A DNA stretch of 64,000 nt, from contig OY761459.1 in NCBI GenBank assembly GCA_963664485.1, forward strand, positions 2,225,949 through 2,289,948, written 5' to 3'. The position numbers and the translations under genes are program-made. The stretch comes from Syntrophales bacterium. Its GTDB lineage: Bacteria; Desulfobacterota; Syntrophia; Syntrophales; UBA2210. Each line of letters begins with the position of its first letter. Within the stretch, counting starts at the first letter, position 1. The notes below the pieces were generated by a model. That model was not told where the DNA came from, made no database searches, and was given only the letters and a program-made list of their open reading frames with translations. Shown here in pieces: positions 55,581 through 64,000 of the stretch.

Positions 55581-56881
55581 TTCCGCTGAACTTGAGCGGC
55601 TTCCCCATCGAAATAATGATAGAGATTGCCGGCATAGTTTTTCAGAATAATGTCGTCTCCATCGCGTTTCATTACATAATCAGGCATCACGGGAACCTTT
55701 CCCCCTCCGCCGGGGCAGTCGATAACATACATTGGAACCGCGAAACCGCTCGTGTATCCGCGGAGCCCCTTTATTATATCCACTCCCTTTTCAACAGGTG
55801 TCCTAAAATGGCCCGATCCGAGAATCGGATCGCACTGGTAGAGATAATAAGGCCTGACGCGCATCTTGACCAGGCCATGAAATAGTCGACGCATGTCTTC
55901 GATATTGTCGTTGATCCCCGACAGCAGGACGGTTTGACTCTGCAAGGGGATTCCGGCGTTCGCAAGATTCGCGCACGCCTGTTTCACTTCCTCCGTAAGT
56001 TCAGCCGGATGTGTAAAGTGGATACTTATCCAGAGGGGGTGAAACCGACTCAGCATCTTGCACAGGGAGGGAGTAATCCTCTGAGGCATGACAACCGGGG
56101 CTTTGGTGCCTATCCTGATCACCTCGACATGGGGAATCTTTTGCAGCCTGGATAGCAGCCATTCAAGCTTATCATTCGAAAGCGTAAGGGGATCACCCCC
56201 CGACAGCAGTACATCACGGACCGATTTGTTCGATTTGATATACTCGATTGCTTTGTTCCATCTATCCGTCGAACAGTTCCGGTCTCTGGAACAGCCCACT
56301 GTACGGGACCTTGTGCAGTACCTGCAGTAAGTTGAACAGAAATCGGTCAAGAGGAAAAGCACACGGTCAGGGTACCGGTGCACAATGCCGGGTACAGGCA
56401 TGTCTTTTTCCTCGCCGAGCGGATCTTCATCTTCTCCCATGCTTCTGATATTCTCCGCCATAACGGGTACAACGGTTCTACGCAGCGGGTCCGAAGGGTT
56501 ATCCGGGTCGAGCAGACTCGCGTAATAGGGTGTAATCGCGAGGGGAAATGCACTACCGTGACCACTCAACGCGGTTCGCTCATCATCACTGAGCCGAAGT
56601 ATGCTTTCCAGTTCTCCCAGAGTCGTAATTCTGTGACGAATCTGCCAGTGCCAGTCATTCCACTCAATGTCGCTTACATCTTTAAAGAACTTTTTCCTGA
56701 ACCGTACGCTCGCGGAGTTAGGTGTCATCTTCAAAACACTGGCGGTACTTGAAACTCTTGTCCTGATATCTTCTTTCTTTCTATTCCTGGTACTATCTCC
56801 AACAACCATTTTAAGAGCCACGAGCGCGGGCTTACCGTCGGGAGGCTCCTCTTCTTCAAGACAGATAACTTGTTTTTCCAT
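55571..56881 (-). CDS. kamA: Lysine 2,3-aminomutase family radical SAM/PLP enzyme (KamA/AblA-like)
   Basis: CSTYCRYCTRSR cluster motif. Collinear with Clostridium LAM from memory (WNDW.WQ.R.RI, HRYPDRVL, VRDVLLSGGD, IHF.HP.E.T, RPYYLYQCD, PGGGGK). Both Asp residues that bind the lysine epsilon-amine are retained (QCD, VIDCPGGGGK). Confidence 0.9.
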   Translation of the reverse strand: MEKQVICLEEEEPPDGKPALVALKMVVGDSTRNRKKEDIRTRVSSTASVLKMTPNSASVRFRKKFFKDVSDIEWNDWHWQIRHRITTLGELESILRLSDDERTALSGHGSAFPLAITPYYASLLDPDNPSDPLRRTVVPVMAENIRSMGEDEDPLGEEKDMPVPGIVHRYPDRVLFLLTDFCSTYCRYCTRSRTVGCSRDRNCSTDRWNKAIEYIKSNKSVRDVLLSGGDPLTLSNDKLEWLLSRLQKIPHVEVIRIGTKAPVVMPQRITPSLCKMLSRFHPLWISIHFTHPAELTEEVKQACANLANAGIPLQSQTVLLSGINDNIEDMRRLFHGLVKMRVRPYYLYQCDPILGSGHFRTPVEKGVDIIKGLRGYTSGFAVPMYVIDCPGGGGKVPVMPDYVMKRDGDDIILKNYAGNLYHYFDGEAAQVQRNCP

Positions 56882-56944
56882 CGCTAATTACCCCCGATTA
56901 CAATAATTGAAAAACTGTTTTCCGTATTATATTTTTTATTACAA

Positions 56945-57277
56945 CTATTCATTTTTAGTTTTCTCATCCGTCGATTCGTTATCTTCCTCCTGTTCCAATA
57001 CTTCGAAGGACGAAACCGTAATCAAGTGATTTTCTCCTTCCTCGATAACTTCTCCGATAACCTTTACTCTTTCTCCCACATGATCGATCAGTTCTTCACC
57101 TGTATCGTTCAGTTCTATTTCGTAGTACTGATCATTATCAGTGACAATCTGGAAGTTATCGTTGACCTCGCCTACAATCGTTATCGCGCCGCCTCCCACG
57201 GCAAGAATTGGGCTTAGCACAATGAGCGTCACCACTAACAGCTTCACAGCTGAAAAACGCCATAATCCCTGAAACAT
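56945..57277 (-). CDS. Small acidic protein with N-terminal signal/anchor; function unknown
   Basis: 110 aa. RBS AAGGAGG, hydrophobic N-terminus (AVKLLVVTLIVLSPILAV), an internal (I/V)IGEV repeat, and the acidic tail EQEEDNESTDEKTKNE. It lies directly downstream of a sigma-54 promoter. Confidence 0.6.
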   Translation of the reverse strand: MFQGLWRFSAVKLLVVTLIVLSPILAVGGGAITIVGEVNDNFQIVTDNDQYYEIELNDTGEELIDHVGERVKVIGEVIEEGENHLITVSSFEVLEQEEDNESTDEKTKNE

Positions 57278-57310
57278 GGTAGAACCTCCTTTTCTTATGC
57301 CCCCCCTATA

Positions 57311-57324
57311 GCAAATAGTGTGCC
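57311..57324 (-). promoter_or_regulatory. Sigma-54 (-24/-12) promoter
   Basis: The minus strand reads GGCAC-ACTAT-TTGC, an exact GG-N10-GC spacing. It lies about 34 nt upstream of ATG 57277 and downstream of an NtrC-type activator gene. Confidence 0.6.
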
Positions 57325-57331
57325 TTAATAA

Positions 57332-57347
57332 TAACTAGTTGATATTA
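57332..57347. repeat. Copy 1 of 16-bp direct repeat TAACTAGTTGATATTA (contains palindrome AACTAGTT)
   Basis: Exact duplicate of 57439-57454. It lies immediately upstream of the -24 element. Confidence 0.7.
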
Positions 57348-57438
57348 CTTGTTAAATAAACCTATTATCACTGGCAGATAAGAACTGGGAATTCTTATTT
57401 TACTGAAACAAAGAGAACGCATGTTCGTTGAGATGATG

Positions 57439-57454
57439 TAACTAGTTGATATTA
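57439..57454. repeat. Copy 2 of 16-bp direct repeat TAACTAGTTGATATTA
   Basis: Exact duplicate of 57332-57347, 107 bp start-to-start. Candidate enhancer/UAS for the adjacent activator. Confidence 0.7.
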
Positions 57455-57631
57455 AATGCCAATATTGCAAAAAGAACTATCTGTTCCCGTCACGGCTATA
57501 TCGGTATTCCGAATTCCTATAATACGGGTAATATGGGAATTGATAAAACAGAAGCCTTGCCGCTTTACTCGGAAATAATCAAAGTAATGATAATAACAAA
57601 TACGCCGGTGCCGTATTTTGAAAAACAGATG

Positions 57632-59083
57632 TCAGGAAACATTTTTAGGTGCCTTGAAATCTTCTTTGTGAAGACCGTATTTGTTCATCAGCTTTGAGAG
57701 TTGGCGGGTGGTGATTCCCGCCCTTCGAGCGGTATTGTTAATTCCTCCCCGTTCTTCGATGAGAATTTCCCTCAGGTATAGCCGCTCCATCTTTTCGATC
57801 CCCGCCTGTCTGAGTTCTTTCAGTGTCAGGGAGGCATCGATTCTTATCCCGCCGGCGCCGGTTTCATTTTCGAAGAGTTCGCCGGGGAAGCTTTCGGGAG
57901 TCAGCATCGGCGACTGTTCTATAATGTGCGCCCGTTCGATCAGGTTCTCGAGTTCACGGATATTCCCTGGCCAGGGGTATTTTTTCAGGGCGTTTAGTAC
58001 AGTCGGGTGAATATCGCGGATCTGTTTGCTGGAAAACTGATTCAACTTCTTTAGAAATATTTCGACAAAGAGCTGTATGTCCTCACAGCGTTCGTTCAGG
58101 GTCGGGATTTCGATAGGAAAGACATTGAGCCGATAATATAGATCTCTCCTGAATTCACCGGTATCGGTCATTTTCTTAAGGTCGGTATTCGTAGCGGCGA
58201 TCACCCGGACGTCGGCATTGACGATCTCTTCTCCGCCCACCCGCTGGAATATTCCTTCCTGCAATACCTGAAGCAGCCTTATCTGAGCGGCAGGTGTTAT
58301 CGTACCGATTTCATCGAGGAAAAGTGTTCCGCTCTTGGCGATCTCGAATTTCCCCAATTGTCTTCTCACGGCACCGGTAAACGCGCCTTTTTCGTGCCCG
58401 AACAACTCGCTTTCCAGAAGAGTTTCGGGGATCGCACCGCAGTGAAGACTGATAAACGGTCCGTCCTTACGATTACTGTGACGGTGAATCAGCTTTGCGA
58501 GAATACTTTTGCCGGTTCCGGTGTCGCCGCTGATCAGAACGGTGCTGTTGGTAGTTGCAACCAGCCGGGCCTTTTCAAAAACCTGTTTCATGGCCGGGCT
58601 TCTTGTCTGCACCAGTTCGAGCGAATCACCCTCCCAGAACTTGTCACGAAGGTAATCGAACTCGGACTGCATGATAATAGATTCGTAAATACTGTCCGTG
58701 ACGTATTTCACTTCATCGGGATCAAGAGGATAATTGAGATAGTTGCTGGCCCCGGCCTTGACCGCCATAACGGCTTCCCTGATAGATTCAGGAGGCGACA
58801 TGACGATAATTTCCACGTCGGGTGCGGTAAGCCACAGCGGCTGCAGGGCTGTCTTGTACCCATTCCCCCTGGCCTGGTCGTGGAGAATATCGATGTCGAT
58901 GAAAAGAAAATCGTAATGACGGGCACGAAGCATATCGAGGGCCGTATTGAAACTGTGTGCCTCCTCAACCGTTCGCCTGCCGCGAAAGCTTTTATATATT
59001 GTCTGGAAGTCCTCTCTGTCCCGCGCGATAACGAGCACAGTCTGCGTGCTTCCCGATCGATTTCTGGATGGTACCACCATCAT
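57632..59083 (-). CDS. Sigma-54-dependent response regulator (NtrC family: REC, AAA+, Fis HTH)
   Basis: REC (FLFIDIDI), Walker [15 protein letters not shown] loop, and C-terminal HTH ([21 protein letters not shown]). No cognate kinase is adjacent. Confidence 0.9.
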   Translation of the reverse strand: MMVVPSRNRSGSTQTVLVIARDREDFQTIYKSFRGRRTVEEAHSFNTALDMLRARHYDFLFIDIDILHDQARGNGYKTALQPLWLTAPDVEIIVMSPPESIREAVMAVKAGASNYLNYPLDPDEVKYVTDSIYESIIMQSEFDYLRDKFWEGDSLELVQTRSPAMKQVFEKARLVATTNSTVLISGDTGTGKSILAKLIHRHSNRKDGPFISLHCGAIPETLLESELFGHEKGAFTGAVRRQLGKFEIAKSGTLFLDEIGTITPAAQIRLLQVLQEGIFQRVGGEEIVNADVRVIAATNTDLKKMTDTGEFRRDLYYRLNVFPIEIPTLNERCEDIQLFVEIFLKKLNQFSSKQIRDIHPTVLNALKKYPWPGNIRELENLIERAHIIEQSPMLTPESFPGELFENETGAGGIRIDASLTLKELRQAGIEKMERLYLREILIEERGGINNTARRAGITTRQLSKLMNKYGLHKEDFKAPKNVS

Positions 59084-59422
59084 TATTCTCCGTTGTCACA
59101 TAGGTTTTCAGGGATGTAATTTTCCTCTTTTTTTATTCCTGTTCTTCCTATCATTCAAGCTTTTTTACATCATCTTCAAAAAAAAGGACATCCGGCAAAC
59201 ATATATACTCCTTGACATATAATCTTAATAGAGTTAGACAGTTAGGCTAACTTGCCTCGATAAATCTTTCCCGGCTGGAAGATATCGCTTTACCGGTGTA
59301 AGAGGCAATAAACCGCTGCCGCAATAAAATACACAAAAAGCCGCTGTTATTGTTTTCAAAGGAAAGATTTATATAATCACCGGATATGTTTAAGATACTG
59401 CCGGGAAAGGATAGATAAATTA

Positions 59423-60424
59423 ATGAAAACGCAACATGAACGGATAAATAATATCTGTCTGCTGATTCTGGCGGCGACAGCCATAACGGTAGCGTTAATC
59501 TATACCCGGTCGATACTGATTCCTTTCGTCATCGCCTTCTTTCTGTACGCGATACTCTCTCCTGTCATAAGAGGGGTGAATAATAAACTGAAGCTGCCGC
59601 GCGCCGTGGGTGTGGCGCTTGTAACAACGGTTTTTATCGTTTTTATCACACTGATCGGGATATTTATTGTTAACTCGCTGAATGGATTCTTCGAAGACGC
59701 GGCTCAGTATAAAGACAGGATCGTTGAATTTGTCACATGGATTCAGACCACCGCGGAAAAATTCGGTTACCGGATACAGGATTTCTCTATCGAAACTCAG
59801 ATCAAAAAACTGCCGTTCTTTTCCATGGCGGGGAACATCACCATGGCGGCCGGAACATTCCTGGGAAACCTGCTTCTGGTCATCGTGTTTGTCATATTCT
59901 TCCTGGTCGGAGAAACAGCCTCGGCATCCAAAGATGACAACTTGATTTCCAGTATGAAAAGCAACATATCACGGTATGTTGCCACTAAATTCCTGACATC
60001 TCTTGTCACCGGCACACTGGTCTTTATCCTGCTGGCTTCCTTTGGTGTCGAACTGGCCTTTCTCTTCGGCGTTCTTACGGTATTGTTCAACTTTATTCCC
60101 AGTATAGGTTCGATAGTCGCTACGGTTATCCCCGTACCGGTTATGTTGCTGCAGTTCGGTTTCGGATGGCAGTTTTGGGTCATATTGGCCATCTCATCGG
60201 CGATACAGTTCACGATCGGAAATGTGATAGAACCGAAATTAATGGGAGAACGCATGGACTTACACCCGATCACGGTTCTCCTTTTCCTGATGTTCTGGGG
60301 ACTGGTCTGGGGGATTCCCGGCATGTTCCTGGCCGTTCCCATAACCGCCGTGCTCAGAATAATCCTGAATCGAATAGAGACGACCCATGCCCTTTCGGAA
60401 CTGATGGCGGGACGTACAGGATAG
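59423..60424 (+). CDS. AI-2E family (PerM/YhhT-like) transporter
   Basis: 333 aa with about 8 TM segments and the C-terminal motif GLVWGIPGMFLAVPITA typical of the family. Confidence 0.85.
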   Translation: MKTQHERINNICLLILAATAITVALIYTRSILIPFVIAFFLYAILSPVIRGVNNKLKLPRAVGVALVTTVFIVFITLIGIFIVNSLNGFFEDAAQYKDRIVEFVTWIQTTAEKFGYRIQDFSIETQIKKLPFFSMAGNITMAAGTFLGNLLLVIVFVIFFLVGETASASKDDNLISSMKSNISRYVATKFLTSLVTGTLVFILLASFGVELAFLFGVLTVLFNFIPSIGSIVATVIPVPVMLLQFGFGWQFWVILAISSAIQFTIGNVIEPKLMGERMDLHPITVLLFLMFWGLVWGIPGMFLAVPITAVLRIILNRIETTHALSELMAGRTG

Positions 60425-60479
60425 AAATGAGACAGGGAAGGGAAGATTTATATCTGATTTTTGTGAAGAACATGCAAAC

Positions 60480-62981
60480 ATGGAGCATGTTCCAATCTTA
60501 GTGAATTCACTTCCTGAAACAGAGACTCGATTGATGAAAACCGTTCTGGATATCCTCGGTAAAATTGAAAACCCGTTGACCTTTCTGTCGAGGGATTCCC
60601 ATAAAAACCTCCCGATTGTCAGAGATCTCGAACGTACCATGTCGGGATTTATCGATGAATTGACGGCCGCCTTCGCGTCTTCACAGGGTCCGGGTTCCAG
60701 CAAGGTGATCGTAGAGTTGCGCGATATATTCCGTGGTTTCGACGCGCTTTCCCTGCCCGATCGGAAAATCCGCATCGACGCCGCGCTCGTTTACATAAAT
60801 GAGTTGAAAGATCTCTGCGCGGATAGGCCGTTGCCGGTTCCCGCCGTTCCGACCGTCCGGAAACATGGAGACTTGGCAGATTGTTCCGGGAAGCTTTCAC
60901 TCGATGTGCAGTATATCAAGGGAGTAGGTCCGAAGATTGCCGCGCTTCTCGCCCGGAAAGGACTGAAGAGCGTCGAGGATATGCTGTATTTTCTTCCGAG
61001 GAGATATGAAGACAGGAGGCATATAAAAAGCATCTCTTCAGTGGATATCAGCGCCAGGGAGACGGTGATGGGCACGATAACAGCCGTGGCGATACGGCGG
61101 TACCGAAGCAGGCGAGTGCTCGAAGTAACAGTCGACGACGGAACGGGCCTGCTGACGGCCAAGTGGTTCCAGGGAAATTTCGCGTATCTCGCAAAGAAGT
61201 TCAGAAAAGGGGAAACGGTTATCCTGACGGGGGAAGTCAAGATATTTCTCCTCGGGAAGGACATGCTGCACCCGGATTACGAGATACTGGATAAGAATGA
61301 TGACGAACTTCTGCATTTCAAAAGGATTGTTCCCGTCTATTCCGAAACGGAGGGACTGCATCAGAAAAATATCAGAAAGATCATGATGCGGGTCGTTACT
61401 GAATATTCCTCATGTGTTTCCAGTCCGATCCCGGATGAGATATGCAGGAGAAATAACCTTGTCGATATCGAATATGCCATCCGTAACGTTCATTTCCCCG
61501 ATTACAATCAGGATATCGAAGCGCTTAACGATCTCAGGTCACCGGCACGCAGAAGGCTGGTCTTCGATGAATTTTTCTTCTTCGAGCTTGGAATGGCCCT
61601 TAAAAGAACAGGGCATGTTTTTGAATCGGGAATATCTTTCAAACCCGGTGGACCGCTGGTAAAGAAATTCCATGAGATTCTTTCCTTCGAGTTGACCGGG
61701 GCGCAGAAGCGGGTAATCGGTGAGATAGAGGCGGATATGCAACGCCCTCATCCGATGCACCGTCTCCTGCAGGGGGATGTCGGAAGCGGCAAGACGGTTG
61801 TTTCAATGGCGGCGATGGTTACAGCGTGCGATGCCGGCTATCAGGCCGCCATTATGGCCCCCACGGAGATACTGGCCGTGCAGCATTTCAACAACATCAG
61901 GAAATGGACGCGAAAGCTGGGGATACGAACGGCGCTCCTTACCGGCAACATGAAGGCTGGGGAACGCAGGAAGATCGTCAGGGAAATCGAATCGGGTGAG
62001 ATCGGAATCGTCGCAGGGACGCACGCGATCATACAGGAGGGGGTCGTTTTCGGGAACCTCGGGCTTGCCGTGATCGACGAACAACATCGCTTCGGCGTCA
62101 TGCAGCGGGCGATCCTCCGGGAAAAGGGGGTTAATCCGGACGTTCTGGTCATGACGGCCACGCCGATCCCCCGGACTCTCGCAATGACGGTCTACGGCGA
62201 TCTGGACATATCGGTTATCGATGAGATGCCTCCGGGTAAAAAGCCAGTAAAAACAAAGGTTTTCTACGAGAAAAATCGGGATAAGGTATATGATATCATC
62301 CGCAAGGAGGCGGAAAAAGGAAACCAGGTTTTTATTGTTTATCCGCTGGTTGAAGAGTCGGAGGCCCTCGACTTGAAAGACGCTACCAGCATGGCCGCGC
62401 ATCTGCAGAAAGATATTTTCCCCGACCTGCGCGTGGGGTTGATCCACGGAAGAATGAAGGGTACGGAGAAGGACGCGATCATGGCCGGTTTTAAACGGGG
62501 AGATCTGGATATTCTTGTCTCCACCACGGTGATCGAGGTCGGGATCGATATCCCGACCGCCTCATTGATGGTAGTGGAGCACGCGGAACGGTTCGGTCTC
62601 TCGCAGTTGCATCAGCTCAGGGGACGGGTCGGAAGGAGCGACCTGAATTCCTACTGTGTCCTGGTAGCACAGCATATGGGCAGTATCGACGCAAGAAAAA
62701 GATTGCGTGTGATGGAACAGACGAATGACGGCTTCAGAATCGCTGAGGAGGATCTCCTGATAAGAGGTCCAGGAGAGTTTATGGGAACGAGACAGTCGGG
62801 CCTACCCGATTTCAGAGTCGCGAGTATTCTCAGGGATGCCGGTATACTGAATGAGGCCGGGAGAGAGGCGTTTCTGCTGGCCGAAAAGGATCCCGGCCTT
62901 GCAAAACCCGAACACAGGGCTCTTAAAGAGGTGCTTATGAAACGCTGGGAGAGCCGGCTGGAGATCGCGAAAACCGGATAG
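60480..62981 (+). CDS. recG: ATP-dependent DNA helicase RecG (with long N-terminal extension)
   Basis: Wedge/OB region and helicase motifs (LLQGDVGSGKT, DEQHRFG, TATPIPRT, QLHQLRGRVGR). The start is uncertain; ATG 60534 is an alternative. Confidence 0.9.
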   Translation: MEHVPILVNSLPETETRLMKTVLDILGKIENPLTFLSRDSHKNLPIVRDLERTMSGFIDELTAAFASSQGPGSSKVIVELRDIFRGFDALSLPDRKIRIDAALVYINELKDLCADRPLPVPAVPTVRKHGDLADCSGKLSLDVQYIKGVGPKIAALLARKGLKSVEDMLYFLPRRYEDRRHIKSISSVDISARETVMGTITAVAIRRYRSRRVLEVTVDDGTGLLTAKWFQGNFAYLAKKFRKGETVILTGEVKIFLLGKDMLHPDYEILDKNDDELLHFKRIVPVYSETEGLHQKNIRKIMMRVVTEYSSCVSSPIPDEICRRNNLVDIEYAIRNVHFPDYNQDIEALNDLRSPARRRLVFDEFFFFELGMALKRTGHVFESGISFKPGGPLVKKFHEILSFELTGAQKRVIGEIEADMQRPHPMHRLLQGDVGSGKTVVSMAAMVTACDAGYQAAIMAPTEILAVQHFNNIRKWTRKLGIRTALLTGNMKAGERRKIVREIESGEIGIVAGTHAIIQEGVVFGNLGLAVIDEQHRFGVMQRAILREKGVNPDVLVMTATPIPRTLAMTVYGDLDISVIDEMPPGKKPVKTKVFYEKNRDKVYDIIRKEAEKGNQVFIVYPLVEESEALDLKDATSMAAHLQKDIFPDLRVGLIHGRMKGTEKDAIMAGFKRGDLDILVSTTVIEVGIDIPTASLMVVEHAERFGLSQLHQLRGRVGRSDLNSYCVLVAQHMGSIDARKRLRVMEQTNDGFRIAEEDLLIRGPGEFMGTRQSGLPDFRVASILRDAGILNEAGREAFLLAEKDPGLAKPEHRALKEVLMKRWESRLEIAKTG

Positions 62982-63084
62982 GCACGGAACTTTAACCTTG
63001 AAACTTTGGTGTAACTGTTATAGCAGTCTGCTATCAAATCTTAGTTTTTTTGCGGACGAATCAACATATTCGGCAGGAGGAATC

Positions 63085-64000
63085 GTGAAAGATATATTTG
63101 CAGGTTTGATTGGTTTCGGAACGATCGGCACCGGTGTCATAAAACTGTTGCGGGAAAACGACGAATTGATCCGAAAACGCCTGGGGGCAAGACTCGTTAT
63201 CAAGAAGATAGCGGATGTCGATATTGAGACCCCGAGGTCGGTACCGGTTGAACGTGAGCAACTCACGACGGACGTGAACGAGATACTGATGGATAAAGAT
63301 ATTTCAATAGTCGTCGAACTGGTGGGCGGCTGTACCCACGCGAAGACCTTTATACTGGATGCGATACGCAACGGGAAGCATGTGGTTACCGCTAATAAGG
63401 CGCTCATCGCCACATACGGCAACGAAATATTCGATGCCGCCGACGACGGGAAAGTTAATATAGGGTTCGAGGCGAGCGTCGGGGGCACAATTCCCATAAT
63501 AAAGACATTAAAGGAAAGCCTTGCCGGTAACAATATTGAATCCATTTTCGGGATCATGAACGGAACATGCAATTACATACTGACGAAAATGACCAGTAAG
63601 GGAAGAGATTTTGCCTCGGTGCTGAAAGACGCACAAGACCTCGGATTCGCCGAGGCTGATCCGACTTACGACATCGAGGGTGTGGATACCGCTCATAAAC
63701 TGGCAATAGTTTTGTCCCTCTCTTACGGCAAACGTGTGGAACTGGATAGCATCTACAGGGAGGGCATATCGGAAATAAACCAGCAGGATATAGAATTTGC
63801 CGGAGAACTCGGGTATACCATCAAGCTTCTCGCCATCGCTATAAGAAGGGGAGAGACCATAGAGGCGAGGATACATCCGACAATGATACCCTTTGATCAC
63901 ATGTTGGCCAGCGTCAATGGAAATTACAACGCGTTTCACCTGGTAGGCGACGCATCCGATTCCGTTTTTCTGCATGGTCAGGGTGCCGGCATGATGCCGA
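63085..64000 (+). CDS. hom: Homoserine dehydrogenase, 5' part (runs off window end)
   Basis: Absent from the ORF track because there is no stop in the window. GTG 63085 follows AGGAGG. Hand translation gives VKDIFAGLIGFGTIGTGV...VVTANKALIA...GFEASVGGTIPII...NGTCNYILT...LGFAEADPT.DI.G.D.AHKL. Confidence 0.9.
   Translation, partial: MKDIFAGLIGFGTIGTGVIKLLRENDELIRKRLGARLVIKKIADVDIETPRSVPVEREQLTTDVNEILMDKDISIVVELVGGCTHAKTFILDAIRNGKHVVTANKALIATYGNEIFDAADDGKVNIGFEASVGGTIPIIKTLKESLAGNNIESIFGIMNGTCNYILTKMTSKGRDFASVLKDAQDLGFAEADPTYDIEGVDTAHKLAIVLSLSYGKRVELDSIYREGISEINQQDIEFAGELGYTIKLLAIAIRRGETIEARIHPTMIPFDHMLASVNGNYNAFHLVGDASDSVFLHGQGAGMMP

Noticed and set aside
53072-57277. Microviridin-like graspetide (RiPP) cluster. 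Two ATP-grasp genes plus a GNAT mirror mdnB/mdnC/mdnD, and the upstream 110-aa ORF ends in a Ser/Thr/Lys/Asp/Glu-rich tail (EQEEDNESTDEKTKNE) that could in principle form ester or amide macrocycles.
   Set aside because: Both ATP-grasp proteins show the D-Ala-D-Ala-ligase-like layout (FNL.E...G.P.TGS, MEVN.NP) rather than what I recall of RimK/MdnC-type enzymes. The small ORF has a strongly hydrophobic N-terminal signal or anchor, atypical of RiPP leaders. A lysine 2,3-aminomutase points to free amino-acid chemistry. This cannot be fully excluded without profile searches, so it is kept as an alternative under the kamA finding.
1-64000. CRISPR arrays, rRNA genes, tandem-repeat arrays, prophage or defence-system genes.
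   Set aside because: Scanning all intergenic spacers by eye showed no repeat-spacer periodicity. None of the ORFs resembles a Cas protein, a restriction enzyme, a reverse transcriptase, or an integrase or other phage gene. The only RNA gene found is tRNA-Pro.

Overview
The gene content of this 64-kb window points to an anaerobic, sigma-54-rich Desulfobacterota/deltaproteobacterium-like chromosome: tungsten AOR, a glycyl radical enzyme, a probable Sec-decoded gene and several enhancer-binding proteins. This assignment is inference only. All calls rest on hand reading of the sequence and the ORF track; no searches were run.

Layout:
(1) 1-2688: pgpH-like 7TM-HD gene (partial) and phoH.
(2) ~2.7-14.4 kb: a visibly more AT-rich accessory block with IS remnants inside it (IS630 N-terminal fragment upstream of the GRE genes, IS3-type orfB remnant near its 3' edge). 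It carries a sigma-54 activator, a glycyl radical enzyme (GRE) of the eliminase type, a DUF336/GlcG protein, an unassigned polytopic membrane protein, the GRE activase and a tungsten aldehyde:ferredoxin oxidoreductase.
(3) 14.4-27.4 kb: housekeeping genes (HPR1-like hydroxypyruvate reductase, aminotransferase, MFS, FAD protein, ispG, proS, rel, amidase, rph, rdgB, tRNA-Pro).
(4) 27.5-40.2 kb, minus strand: a Wsp-like non-flagellar chemosensory operon (cheW-cheR/TPR-cheW-MCP-cheA/REC-cheB). It is followed by a REC-PAS histidine kinase, a CheY-like receiver, an orphan KaiB homologue and a REC-PAS-HD-GYP gene carrying two frameshifts.
(5) 40.2-43.8 kb: AT-rich stretch with an ArsC/Spx-family gene that needs an in-frame UGA (probable selenocysteine, UxxC), two odd secreted proteins, a hypothetical protein and an ICMT-family methyltransferase.
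(6) 43.9-51.2 kb: TetR plus a TolC-HlyD-ABC2 efflux operon.
(7) 51.3-52.9 kb: NapH-like polyferredoxin and a TlpA-like thioredoxin.
(8) 53.1-59.1 kb, minus strand: an NtrC-type regulator, a sigma-54 promoter with a 16-bp direct repeat, a small acidic exported protein, and a tightly coupled kamA / ATP-grasp / ATP-grasp / GNAT operon.
(9) perM-like transporter, recG and hom (partial).

No rRNA, CRISPR array or intact mobile element was seen. The best candidates for undescribed biology are the Che-KaiB-HD-GYP signalling module, the GRE-DUF336-membrane-AOR locus and the beta-lysine/ATP-grasp/GNAT operon.
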